Shown here: one piece after another, positions 50,355 through 63,600 of the stretch
Layout: each line of letters begins with the position of its first letter
Position numbering within the stretch: the stretch's first letter is position 1
NCBI RefSeq assembly: GCF_006345805.1
Contig: NC_043005.1
Coordinates: 50,344,001-50,408,000, forward strand
Source of the DNA: Octopus sinensis
Lineage: Eukaryota
Direction of reading: 5' to 3'
Length of the DNA stretch: 64,000 nucleotides
Translations under genes and position numbers: made by a program
Notes under the pieces: generated by a model
Databases searched by the model: none
What the model was told of the DNA's origin: nothing
What the model saw: only the letters and a program-made list of their open reading frames with translations

Positions 50355-52011
50355 TACTACTAGCCATAGATGTGTCGGACGCATACTCAATTGCTGGTCC
50401 TGATGGTTTCCCAGCAATCCTCCTCAAATAGTGTTAGCGTGCCCTGGCAAAACCTCTACAGATTCTCTTCCAGAGTTTTCTTGCAAACGACAGGCTGCGA
50501 AGCAAACTGAAGGAGGGAATAATATGTCCAATCCATAAAGGAGGAAGCAAATCAAATGCCAAAAACTATAGGCTTATTACTCTGACTTCACAAAGTCATG
50601 GAACGGATAATCAGAGGGAAACTGATCGTATTCCTAGAGGGGAAACAACTTGCTGAGTGATACCCAGCATGGCTTACGACCAGATAGGAGCTGCCTGACC
50701 CAGCTCTTACAATATTATAACTGGATGTTGAAGCAGTTACTCAACAACTCAAAAGTGGACGTAATATACCTTGACTTTGCAAAATCTTTCGATGAAGTGG
50801 ATCATGGTATGATATGCCACAAACTGCGTGATCTTGGCATAGCTGGAAAACTTGGAGAGTGGTTACATGACTTTCTGAAAGATAGAAGTCAGGCAGCAGT
50901 GGCTAATGGAGCCTCCTCAAAGAAAAGAAAAATAGTGAGCAGTGTTCCATTGGGCACTGTCTTGGGACCACTGCTTTTCATAGTGGCCCTCTCAGATAAT
51001 CCCTCAGCCGCCTGGATAGCCACCCCTGCTAGCTACGCAGGCGATACGAAAGTCTCGCAGAAAATACAGAACCCCAGCGATGTTGCGCACCTGCAGCAGG
51101 AGTTGGACTCAGTTTACAGATGGGCTGAGGATAATAATAAGCAGTTTAATGCTGAAAAATTCCAAGCCCTGCGCTACCAGCGTCCAAAACTGAATATAAA
51201 ACTTACAGGGTACACTGTTCCACAGGAGATTACAATCCCAGAGCCTAAATCAGTGAGGGACCTGGTTATCGATATGAGTGATGATACGTCTTTCCAAGTG
51301 CACATTACCAGGATGGCTACAAAGTGCCGTCGACTGGCTGGAGGGATCCTGAGAACGTTCAGAACCAGAGAGAAGGAAACTATGATGGTCCTCTGGAGGA
51401 CATTCGTACTCAGCCACCTGGACTATTGCTCCCAGCTATGGTCACCCAACAGTGTAAATTTAACGGCGGATCTTCAAGCAATCCAGCGAAGCTTCACAAA
51501 GAAGCTTGTCTCGTTGCAACAGCTCAGCTACTGGGAAAGGCTGAAACAGCTAAGACTCTACTCCCTGGAGCGAAGGCGGGGGTGGTATGCAGTAATATTC
51601 ATCTGGAGGATTCTGGAAGGAATTGTGCCAAATTTTGGCATTGAGAGCTACACCAATGCCAGAACGAGTCGACACTGCACAGTTCCAAAGATCCAATCAA
51701 TGCCATCGCGTTTCAGGACCAGTTACTGCAACAGCCTGGGTTACTGGGGCCCACAGCTTTTTAATATTCTCCCAAAGAGCCTGAGAGACCTACAATAAGT
51801 GGATGTAGGTGTTTTCAAATCGAAACTGGACCTCATCCTGTCGAGAGTTCCAGATGAACTCACCTCGCGGGAAGAAGTGCAAATGAGGGTAGCGACACCA
51901 AACTCCCTTATTCACCAAATGTCACATATTAGATAAGGCTCTCAATAATAACAGTGAAGCAAAACGACGATGCCCCAGCATAGTCGCAGCTCTGAGCTGA
52001 AACTACAAAAA
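50355..52011 (+). mobile_element. 5'-truncated CR1/L2-clade LINE with RT domain, inactive
   Basis: AGPDGFPAILL..PIHKGG..KNYR; ORF 50650-51798: QHGLRPDRSCLTQL, YLDFAKSFDEVDH, SSVPLGTVLGPLLF, SYAGDTK (YADD mutated), LSHLDYCS..WSP; stops and a frameshift; structured 3' tail 51966-52011. Confidence 0.92.
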
Positions 52012-52023
52012 TTATATATATCA

Positions 52024-52539
52024 CTAGCAGTATCGCCCGGCGTTGCTCGGGTTTGTAAGGGAAATAACTATATAAGCATTTTTAGAGAGTTACTTCCTTT
52101 ATAGATGCCAATTCGGGCTTTCTTAGCCATTTCTGTTTTGGTGTCTTCAAGCCATGAAGTCGTTGTTCTAAAAGAACGCTGGTCTCCTTGACAACGCATT
52201 ACGACGTTGATTTCCTTAAACTCCCTTCCCCACAGCTTCACGAGGGAGGAAGAAGGGGGAGAAGCAAACACAGGTGCAGGTGTTTGAGCGTGGACGCCAA
52301 CTCCGCCGCCATCGACACACGAAAAATTATGCATTAAAATGGAATAAAAAATGATGTTAAATTATTTTTAAAATCGTAGACTCATCGTAGACGCGCGCTA
52401 ATAGTCAGACGGGCTCGATATTAATCACGACTATAAGATACCCGAATTTGGTTAAACTGCACCGCAAAATGTGGGAGGAGTTAGGAATCTAAATCGTAGG
52501 AGACAGACACTCACACAACTACAGTTTTATATATATAGA
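52024..52539 (-). mobile_element. Non-autonomous Helitron 2
   Basis: Minus strand A|TCTATATATATAAAACTG..CCCGAGCAACGCCGGGCGATACTGCTAG|T. Confidence 0.87.
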
Positions 52540-54289
52540 TATATATGTGTGACTTTAGTATGTTTGTATGTATGTGTATGCGCGCGCGCGCGTGTGTGTA
52601 TGTGTGTGTAGGAATTTTTTTGAAGGAAATGATTGAAACTGACTTCATAGTATCAGTTTACAAGCTCTCATTAGACTAGTTTACTTCATTTTCTCTGCCT
52701 TTATATACAGCTTTTGGTAGGGTGACTTTTGCCAGGTGTAGTAATGTAAATGAAAAATATATATGACATAGGAAGATAGAAGAGGTCGTGTATTAATGTT
52801 GGGATGGAAAAGAACAGGACAAAAGTATGTGTTTGTGGTTTATAGGTAGAGAGAGGTATGTTGGAGTGAATATTTTTTCTTTAATAAGGCAAGTTTACTA
52901 TAGTATCTGTTCATGTCAGGCTTTTATGTAAATAAACATACTGTCATAGGGTTTTATACAGCAAAAATGACATGTTCGAGTTACAATTCATGTTTGTTGA
53001 CATTTTTATTATGACTTGTTGTTGCACTATATTAGGAACATAAAAGAATGTCTATAGATAACACCGGTTCAATTATTCAGAGAGCGTAGGTCAGAGAGAG
53101 CTCAGTGATAGTGTTGATGTTAAAGGTTTTCTTTTGGGAAATTTTAAGCTGACTTTTTTTAAAAGGTGAACTTGATATAGAGTATGTTACTATGAATTAA
53201 TCATTGGATAATTATAATATGCTTCTGGCATAGTTATTTATAAATATACGACTATACAAATATGAATGTAACTACTCATCACTACGTACATATCCAGCTA
53301 AATGCATATAGTTGATGCATTTCCCGAACAAAATACGTGCATATGTGTGTGTTTGTGTATGTATTTATATACTTATGCGGACACACATATGTGTGTGTAT
53401 GTATGTGTATGTATATATGCATATATGTGTCTATGTATGTATGTATGTATGTATGTATGTATGTATGTATGTATGTATATATGACGTGTTACTTTGAAAG
53501 CTGAAAAGCAAGATGACAGAGATATCTGTTACTGGTTTTAGATTTGGATTGATTATTATGGGTCACGTAGTGAAATTCAGTACCCTTTGTTAGTTCTAGT
53601 TAACATGAGAGAGCAGTAATTTATATGGCAGTTCCTTTCAGCAGTAAAAGGAAGGTCACTCTGTTGGAAGAAACTTGTGAGTTGAAAGGAATTACTATTA
53701 AAAAAAAAAAAACATTTGATAAAATGCCTTTAAAAAAAACTTGCGATATTAATTTCTTAGAAAATTCTTTATTCATTTGAAAATTTTTAGAAACTATTCT
53801 GCTTTGTACTTGAAAAAATACTGTCCTTTCTCTCCAGTAAGTGCAGTTTATGTGTTTCTACAACAACAAGGCAATATTTCATTCTCATTTATGTATGGAA
53901 GTGCAGTATCTTCACCCCCACCCGTATATGGTTAGAACACCTTGAACATTTTTTTATTCGATTAAAAAAAAAAAACAATTTCATGAAACAGGTCGGTCCT
54001 TTCCCAAGAAAAGATTGAACATTTGAGCCTAGTATCTCAAGTGTCTTTGAATTCCACGAACGTCAACAAGAGGTACTAAAGGTAATTTAGTACCTCCTGT
54101 CACCAGCATTTTGATTTTTTGGAAGTCACACGTTCAAAGACTGAACGAGCATGTTTCACACACCTAATAGTTAAGAGTGATTAACCAAGGGATTACACAC
54201 ATATATAAACATACAAGTATTTAGTACTCTGACTGGTATATATATATATTATATATAAATAATATATATATATATTATATATTATATAT

Positions 54290-54337
<48 letters not shown>

Positions 54338-54339
54338 CA

Positions 54340-54507
54340 TATAGGGAGAATTTACAAAATAAAACCCCAAAAGACGAAGACAGGCGTTGTAGACAACAAA
54401 CAAAAGTATTCGTATAACGCTCAGGAAGTGAAAAAGTCTTTAACGTTTCGAGCCTACACTCTGCCACAGAAAGAACACAGAAAGAAACAAGGAGAGAAAA
54501 ATAAAGA
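54340..54507 (-). mobile_element. Penelope-like pLTR-type repeat with degenerate hammerhead
   Basis: Minus: TTTCTGTGGCAGAGTGTAGGCTCGAAACGTT..CCTGAGCGTTA; shares GCTCGAAACGT..CCTGAGCGT with 38868-38927; (TA)n on both sides. Confidence 0.55.
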
Positions 54508-54972
54508 TATATATATATATATATCAGGGACGTGCCGCCTGCGTGAGTAAGGTGGTTAGTGCACCTGAATAAATAGATTGATAGTAACATTTTCCTTTCA
54601 TGTCAAAATATAGACCTAATTCAATAAAATTATGAAGGCACCACGATTACTATGCAAAAAATGCAAAATATCTTATTTTTTTTAAAGATTAGGCAAGCAT
54701 AATTCACTCCTGCCTTTCAATTTCAGTATTAAGACTACGCATAGCACTGCTGTCGTATACGTGCAGCATACTTTCCTACAACAACGTTTCTTTACGCGCT
54801 ATAAATGCAGAGGTAATTCTGTCTCCAACTCAGTCGCGCGCCTGCGTTTCACTTATTTTTTGCGTGTTTTTACTACATAAACATCACCAACTACCTACCT
54901 TGAGTAATTACTGACGGCACATGCCTTATAAATACATACATACATACATACATATATATATATATATTCTTT

Positions 54973-55066
54973 ACATGAACACCACCCTGTATTCAACTCC
55001 ATGTCCCCCTACATGGCCTTGCTATTTGCTTTTGAGCCAAATTAACTAACTAACTAACTAACTAAC
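54973..55066 (+). mobile_element. Very short CR1/L2 3'UTR copy with (CTAA)n tail
   Basis: Matches 46817-46882. Confidence 0.75.
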
Positions 55067-55097
<31 letters not shown>

Positions 55098-55149
55098 CTT
55101 ATGTTGTTTTGTTTGTTTTCGTCATTGTCCTGTACGTTCGGTAGCTATT

Positions 55150-55260
55150 CCCAGTGGCTGTTAACCACTGGCACCAGCATAAGTGAATAATATCACGTTA
55201 AAGGCACAAAAGCCTTGTGAGTGGATTTGGTAGACGGAAACTGAAAGAAGCCCGTCGTAT
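55150..55260 (+). mobile_element. SINE-B internal fragment
   Basis: CAAAAGCCTTGTGAGTGGATTTGGTAGACGGAAACTGAAAGAAGCCCGTCG. Confidence 0.72.
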
Positions 55261-55271
55261 ATATGTTTATA

Positions 55272-55334
<63 letters not shown>

Positions 55335-55459
55335 ATATATGTATATATATATATATAAGACAGAATGAGATAACAAATCTAAGGGTGTGAGGAGTTTTCA
55401 GGACGTTTACAATGAAATAGTCTTACATCTGTTTCTGGATATTATGGATATCCCTTCAT

Positions 55460-55506
<47 letters not shown>

Positions 55507-55631
55507 CGATTATGAATTCGTTTTACAAGATTCCTAATGTGAAATTGTGTGTGTGTGTGTTGAAACAGATATTGCTGTATTTCGGGATGGTCATGTTTTC
55601 TGTCTTCGTTTTTGCTAAATAAACAAAGGCA

Positions 55632-55713
<82 letters not shown>

Positions 55714-55729
55714 ACACACACACACACAC

Positions 55730-55766
<37 letters not shown>

Positions 55767-55979
55767 CTATATTCTGTGTGCTTAAGCATAAAAATTTGTT
55801 TTCACAAGTCTTTCTGTTTATATCACAATATTATAGTATAGCGCTGAATTCGATATAATTTAAATATATATGCGCCATTTATCACTCTTTTCATCAACTG
55901 CGTATATGTATAAATGTTATATACAACATATTCATATGCGATAAATTTCAATTTTTAACACTTGAAATAAACAGACAAT

Positions 55980-56284
55980 TAACAGTTCTATATCTGTACG
56001 TGTCTGCGTTTATACACATATATGTATGCATATAGACACACACATATATATTTACTTATGTTGTTTATGTACTTACGTGTATGCTTATATAGATACATAT
56101 ACACATATACATATGCATGAATACATATGTGTGTGTGTGTTTGTGTGTATATGTATGTATATATATACATATATATATACATGCATATATATTCATATAT
56201 ATGTCAATACATACATACACACAGATATATATATATTATATTATATATATATATATATATAATATATTGTATATATATATATAT

Positions 56285-56336
<52 letters not shown>

Positions 56337-57003
56337 GTATATACATTCATACATACATATACATTCACACACTCAAACATAGACACTCAAACACACACAC
56401 ATATAAACGAGTGCAGCAATCGTGTTTTGTTTGACTGCCAAAGTCAATGTGCATATATCAGTCTACACATACGATTCTGACTAAAAATCTATACATAAAT
56501 TCTGCGGTATCTTATACGGAAAGAAAACACGGTTCACGCCACAGTAATTGAACTAGATGCCAAGAATACGTTATAAATGAAAATTTTTGTTTGTCCAGTA
56601 CTTAAGCCCCTAGAAATATCATGTTTTATACGTAGTGCCTCCAGGGACAGCTAAAGAGAGTAGTTTTTATCTGTTCACATATTTGTCAGAGATCATCTCT
56701 GACAACAAATTCCAAGACAGGGCTGAATCTAGGCGGCCTGATTTCTTTTCTTTCTTTCTGCTCAGGAAGGTATTTCAATAAATACAGCCGATAATTTTAT
56801 ACATCTGTGTACGCATGTAGTAATAGCTTCAAAATTCAGATCTGAAAACCTGGTAATACCATCTATTGTACATACATGCAAATGTGTATATATATATATA
56901 TAATATATATATTATATATATAGATAGATAGATATAAAAATAGATACAGATATGTATATGTATATATATATATTATATATATATGTATATGTATATATAT
57001 ATG

Positions 57004-57036
<33 letters not shown>

Positions 57037-57838
57037 ATGTACATATATATACATATATATATATATATGTAGATTTAGAAAAAATGTTGCATATATATAG
57101 TCATATACATACATGTATATATATACACACACACATTTATAAACATATATACATACTTACACACACACACCAATGTACATATGGTTATGTGCCCACACAG
57201 ACAAACACACATACACACACACATATATATATATACATAAACATATTTATAGACACATATCTATCTACCTGTCCATCTATCTATCCATCTATATATATAT
57301 ATATATATGGATATAGGCCTTTTACTGTATTCAATTGCTTTCAATTGTTTGATAATGTCCACTATATTTTCTCCATATACTATATTGCAGTTTGTAGTTT
57401 TGTAGCTTAGTTTTTGCTTTGGGTTTGTATGATGTTTGTGTATTTTGTATTTGTATAGAAAATTTTTTGTATATATGTTTAATGTAATTCGTACAATAGG
57501 AACCTATCACATCTGTTTGTGTTTTTTGTGTATAATGTCTATGATAAAATACCATAATAGCATAGTACTAAGAATGTCTGTAATTCCTGTCTGGAATACA
57601 AGAATATGTCTGCTAAATTGATTAATGGTGGCATTGGGAAGCAAGTATCAAGAGTTTGGTGTACTGTTTTGCTTCAAGTAGATTCTTTGTTGTGACTTTA
57701 TTAAACAAAACTCATGCGTATTTTTACTGACACAACCACAAGCAAGTAGGCTTGAATATAAAGTAGATACACACGCATATATATATATATATTATATATA
57801 TATATATATTATATATACATATATATACATATATATGC

Positions 57839-57879
<41 letters not shown>

Positions 57880-58048
57880 GTAATATATCATATATATATC
57901 ATATACATACATACACACATCTATATATGTATGTATATAGATGTGTGTATATGTATGTATATTTGTATGTGTGTATGAGGGAGAATTTGCTCCTGTGTAT
58001 TGAACTATAGCCATAATTCATCGCAAGTTGTATGCGTAAATGTCTCAT

Positions 58049-58111
<63 letters not shown>

Positions 58112-58550
58112 GTATGTATATATATATATATATATATATTTGTGTATTGTGTGTATGTCTGTGTGTGTGTGCGCACATACATACATACATACGTATATGC
58201 ATATTAGTTATAATTCGTTTAAAGACATACTTGCATATACACACATACATAGATACATACACGTGTTTTTATATGAAAACAGATAAATAGATATGCGCGC
58301 ATACACACACACACACACACACTCTCTCTCTCTCTCCCTCTCATACACACACACACATACACACACGCACACTCACGCACTCACTCACACGCACATATAA
58401 TTTATAAGTTCTTTCACAAAAACCAAACTAAGCAATATATTGTGTCGAGAGAATATACTTATAAAACGGTTGATAAACATTACTACATTCTCTATGTTTA
58501 CATTTCATGCTGAACAGTATATGCTTCATGGAATGTTAAGTGGAGAATGT

Positions 58551-58594
<44 letters not shown>

Positions 58595-58628
58595 TCTCTC
58601 TCTCTTTCTCTTTCTCTCTCTCTTCTCT

Positions 58629-58682
<54 letters not shown>

Positions 58683-58697
58683 ATATATATATATATA

Positions 58698-58735
<38 letters not shown>

Positions 58736-58818
58736 TGTGTGTATGTGTATTATTTTATATCATATATCTATAATTTTATATGACATAATGTAATATAATA
58801 TAATATGATATCATATAT

Positions 58819-58854
<36 letters not shown>

Positions 58855-58860
58855 ATCATT
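55980..58860. repeat. Extended TA/CA/TATG/CT microsatellite field with short unique islands
   Basis: Directly visible. Confidence 0.9.
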
Positions 58861-59202
58861 TAATACACACATTTAATCATTTAGAAAAGATCTACTAATA
58901 GTTTCACGCTTTAGAGATACAATCATTTGGTAAATTTATATAACATGCCGTGTATCTCTAAGCAATCTTTCAGGATCAGTGCATATCGTTAGATGTATTT
59001 GCAAACCAGGACGCTGATCTTTGAGAAAACATGAGAAATAGCGTGGAGAAAAAAAAAACGTAAAGCAAAAAAAAGAAAAAAAAATGAGAGGAAAGTTGAT
59101 GCAAAATGTGAAACGAGAAAAAAGGAAAGATAAGAAAGAAAACTAATAAATTCGTCGTCTTTGTCTGTGGAAATCATAATTAATCTATGTATTATAAACA
59201 CG

Positions 59203-59242
<40 letters not shown>

Positions 59243-59275
59243 ATCACACAATTATATACTTTTTATAATAATATT

Positions 59276-59826
59276 GAGTGAGAAAGCAGTGCATGCCATC
59301 AAAGTGACACAGGGGTAAAATATACGAAGCCCAGTATACCCATCATGACTACCCGTCTGATAAGGATATACCAGGCACATGCATCACAACTATATGTGTG
59401 CAACATAGTGACTTTATATCAAGACAAGCGACATATGACCTTGCAGGTGGGGCCCAGTTAGAATTTTCTTCAGGTTGAGTAGACCATCCTGCCCAAAAGG
59501 TCTCTGATTAAAGGTTGCTTAAGGATGTTGAACGAAACACCCATGTTTCCAGAGGTGAATTATTCAAACCCTAAAGAATTCTTCTCAGCACATGACTATG
59601 ATGTTCTCCCAGTACTTCTGCTCGTGATCAGAGATACACATATCGTCAGCCACCATGGGACATGCTTAACTGGTTAAAATCAAACAACTGACAAGCAAAT
59701 CTGTGGTATTGGGCAGAATATTTGCTGTAGCCCATTTTTTATACTAATACAAAACGTACTTAATAATACTTCCAAACTGTTAAGATTAGAAGCCATGAGA
59801 ACCAGTGCCTGGTACTGAAGCAGGGC

Positions 59827-59827
<1 letters not shown>
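59276..59827 (-). mobile_element. Element D copy 3 (full length, more diverged)
   Basis: Reverse complement of 1594-2148 with scattered substitutions; long (TAA)n on its 5' side, only a short AAT on its 3' side. Confidence 0.9.
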
Positions 59828-59886
<59 letters not shown>

Positions 59887-59924
59887 TACTATTATTATTA
59901 TTATTATTACCATTATTATTATTA

Positions 59925-59971
<47 letters not shown>

Positions 59972-59979
<8 letters not shown>

Positions 59980-60150
59980 TCCGCCTTAGCGAAGGCGGAG
60001 ATATTCTTTTCAGTCGTGTTTGTTTGTTTGTCTGTGGACAAGAAACGCTGGATGGATTTAGATGAAACTTTCTGGGATGTTTGCCATTGTGACTGGTACG
60101 AACTGATTAGATTTTGGGATCGATCCGTTACAAGGAATCTGGATTATTTA
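59972..60150 (+). mobile_element. Helentron/HINE-like 5' fragment
   Basis: TTATTACCTCCGCC start with hairpin CTCCGCCTT-AGCG-AAGGCGGAG, (GTTT)n, GATGAAACTT and GATTAGATTTTGG motifs like those of DINE/HINE-type elements. Confidence 0.55.
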
Positions 60151-60431
60151 CTATCTTTACTTTATTTTACATGATTACGATCTCACGTTGACTTTCAAGT
60201 CTTTCTCAATTCTCTCCCTTTAGGATGTTTCCAAAGTTTGGTTTTCGTTTCTCTATTATCAATATTATTCGTGTCTCTAGCTTAGTAGAAACTGATGTTT
60301 TGTACAGACTACTGTTTGTTTCAGTTCTTGCAACCATTCAGCATACCATTCAGCATCCCTCTCGCGCTCCTTGTCTTTGCTCAAGATATCACTCCAAAAC
60401 CTTTGACTTTCAATGTTGATAACAGATATTA

Positions 60432-60476
<45 letters not shown>

Positions 60477-60881
60477 TATTATTATTATTATTATCATTAT
60501 TATTATTATTATTTTCAGATTGTCCTGATGGTGACTAGCATTCATGGGTTTACGTCAGCGAAATTTGAAGAAAAAAACCACACCTCTTTGCGTTTCAACT
60601 GAGTTATGTCCCGATACGCCAATGGCCAATTTGCATTTTGTACCTCAAGAGATCCATTAAATAAATATCAGAGATACTACTTTGCTCGATATAATCGACT
60701 AAGACACTAGAAGACGGTACCCCAGCAAAGCTGCTGTCCAATAACTGAAACTAGTAAAATAGAAGAAAAAGAAGAATTAACGCAAAACCCTGTTATTCTC
60801 TCAGGGGAAGTAGAAATGGAAAGTTTAGCATAAGGAGAAATCAGAAATAACTGCCTCTTTCCTTCTCCCATTTTTTCTTCC

Positions 60882-61052
60882 AGTCTCGTTCTTTGTCTCC
60901 CCCTTCTCTCTCTCTCTCTTTCCCTCATCCTCTCTCTCTCTCTCTCTCTCTCCCTCTCTGTCTGTCTTTCAAAGCCTGCGACTCCGTTCTTTGTCTCCTC
61001 CTTCTCTCTCTCCTCTTCCTCTATCTCTCTCTCTCTCATCTCTCTGGTCTCT

Positions 61053-61084
<32 letters not shown>

Positions 61085-61510
61085 GTCTTTCAAAGCCTGC
61101 GTCTCCGTTCTTTGTCTCCCCCTTCTCTCTCTCTCTCTTTCCCTCATCCTCTCTCTCTCTCTCTCTCCCTCTCTTCTGCCTTTCAAAGCCTGCGTCTCCT
61201 GTTCTTTGGTCTCCCCTTCTCTCTCTCTCTTCCCTCATCCTCTCTCTCTCTTCTCTACTCTCTCCCTCTCTCTGTCTGTCTTTCAAAGCCTGCGTCTCCG
61301 TTCTTTGTCTCCCCATTCTCTCTCTCTCTCTCTTTCCCTCATCCTCTCTCTCTCTCTCTCTCATCCTCTCTCTCTCTCTCCCTCTCTGTCTGTCTTTCAA
61401 AGCCTGCGTCTCCGTTCTTTGTCTCCTCCTTCTCTCTCTCTCTCTTTCCCTCATCCTCTCTCTCTCTCTCTCCCTCTCTGTCTGTCTTTCAAAGCCTGCG
61501 TCTCCGTTTT
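60882..61510. repeat. Composite minisatellite, ~6.3 units of ~90-120 bp with nested (CT)n
   Basis: TTCAAAGCCTGCG(T)CTCC recurs at ~60968, 61089, 61182, 61281, 61397 and 61489. Confidence 0.92.
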
Positions 61511-62170
61511 GGTTCAAGCCGAAGTTTACTTTTTGATCTGTGGCACTCGATCGACCTTAAGTTGAAGCAATATAGATTTTGGAAACTTTCAGCACCAAGT
61601 CATATCTGAAGAATACCGTGTTTGATGAGAGGCGAGGATTAAACTTCACTTTTACTTTCACTTTCGCGTACAACCAGAAACACACACGCACACACACACT
61701 ACATACATACACACACATACACACACACACACGCATTCACCCAAAAGCTCATACACACAGGCACATAGGCATGCACAGAAACACACATTCATAAACGCAG
61801 AGGGTGTGAAAGACTGTCCATTTCATACATTCTCTTAAGAGGATTAGCGAAGCTTTTAAGCGATTATAACAGATCTCAACATGGCAAGTTTTAAATTAAT
61901 TTATTTATTTGTTTTTGTTTACTGAATATAAAAAAAAAGAAATAAGAAAGAAAATGAAAAGCAAAGGAAAAGAAAATTATTTTGGCACGAGTTAACGGAG
62001 TCAAATAGAATTTTTATAAATGGTTTCTTTGCTGTAAGGGATGTGAGACTACGAAGGGTCCTTGGCGGTTCGTTTCGTACCGCTCAACCGTCATCTGTTT
62101 ATTTCTAGCTTATGTCGTTGTTATTGCTGTTGTTTAGCAACAGGCTGGCCTCGATGAAATAAGCCTATGT

Positions 62171-62516
62171 TTTATCCTTTATCTTTCACTTTCGCTTGTT
62201 TGGGTCATTAGGTTGCGGCCATGCTGGAGCACTTACCTTGAAGAATTTCTAGTCGAATGGATCGACCCTGGTGATAACTTTTTTTATTATTTTAAGCCTG
62301 ATACTTATATCAGTCTCTTTTGCTGAACCACTATTTTTTTACGGGGACGTAAACACACCGACATCGGTTGTCAAGCGCTAGTGAAGGACAAACACAAACA
62401 CACATACACATATATGTATACATACATACATACATGCACACACACACATATATATATAGAGAGAGAGAGACAGACAGACAGACAGAGATGGAGAGACAGA
62501 GAGAGGGAGAGAGAGC

Positions 62517-62548
<32 letters not shown>

Positions 62549-62712
62549 TACGACGAGCTTCTTTCAATTTCCGTCTATCAAATCACCTCACAAAGCTTTG
62601 CTCGGCCCGAGGCTATAGTAGAAAACACTTGCCCAAGGTGCCACGCTGTGCGACTGAATCCAGAACCATTTGGTTGGGAAGCTAGCTTCTTACCACACAG
62701 GCACGCCTGCGC
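62171..62712 (-). mobile_element. SINE-B, full length
   Basis: Tail TGCGGCCATGCTGGAGCAC, body, internal CA/GA/GATA repeats, head CTTACCACACAG. Confidence 0.85.
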
Positions 62713-63258
62713 TCGTACAAAGTCTATCCATGGTAGCAGTGAGATGTTTAATTCCTTTTGGCTCCGGTGGTGTCTATTGTAGTTATAGTGGTGATTGTGG
62801 TTGTTTCTGATACCAGGTCGGTTGTGCCGAGTCGACCTATCTGTATTTCTCGGACTGTCCAATATGCCTTTTCTTGTATGGAGGGTAATGGTGAATATTG
62901 TGGTGGAGGTAGTGATGGCGGTGACTATTGATAGTGGTAATAGTGACAGTGATAAATGTTGTCGTAGTCTTTGTGTGTGTGTGTGTGTGTGTGGTGGTTG
63001 TGGGGGGGGGTTAAGCCTCTGTATCAGTCGCTAGCGCGTAGATTCAGCATCAAAGTCGTTCCAGTTAAGACCATACCTCTTCAGTATATTTTGCATTACA
63101 ATATCTAATGGGACCTCTCTCTTTTTAAACATAATTTGTGGGAGGTTTGGATGCTATTTGTGCAAGTCATGCGACCGCGTAGAACATCACTCAGGGACTT
63201 GTAATTATGGTAGCAAGAAATGATACCAGTGGTGATAACAGTTGTAACATCGGTGCTA

Positions 63259-63600
63259 GTAAAGTAAAAAGACCCCCTTCGGTTATGAATAACTGTGGGA
63301 TTGCACCTAGAACGTTACCCTCCGAGGCACAAGTCCGGGCAAGGTTGTTTATGGAAGACCAGCAGTCGCCCATACATACCAGTTTCCTCTCTCCATGCCA
63401 CTGATGTTATCCTAAAGGAAAGGCAAAGGTAAAAACAGCTTGGCACCCGTGACGTCGCAACTCAGTTCTACAGCTGAGTGAATTGGAGCAACATGAAATA
63501 AGGTGTCTTGCTCAAGAATACACCACACAGCCCAGTCCAGGAATCGAACTCACTACCTCATGAGGGTGAGCCCGACACTCTAGCCACTAAGCTATATGCT
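63259..63600 (-). mobile_element. SINE-C (CORE-like), full length
   Basis: Reverse complement of 20172-20508: GAGCAACATGAAATAAGGTGTCTTGCTCAAGAA..GGAATCGAACTCAC.. Confidence 0.86.

Noticed and set aside
50650-51798. Active LINE or host RT gene
   Set aside because: 5'-truncated, YADD mutated to YAGD, upstream stops and frameshift, premature C-terminal stop.
52600-53290. Possible decayed Penelope RT on the minus strand (also 57310-57720)
   Set aside because: Only a faint PNINTRPLLSS resemblance amid many stops; not distinguishable from chance without a profile search.
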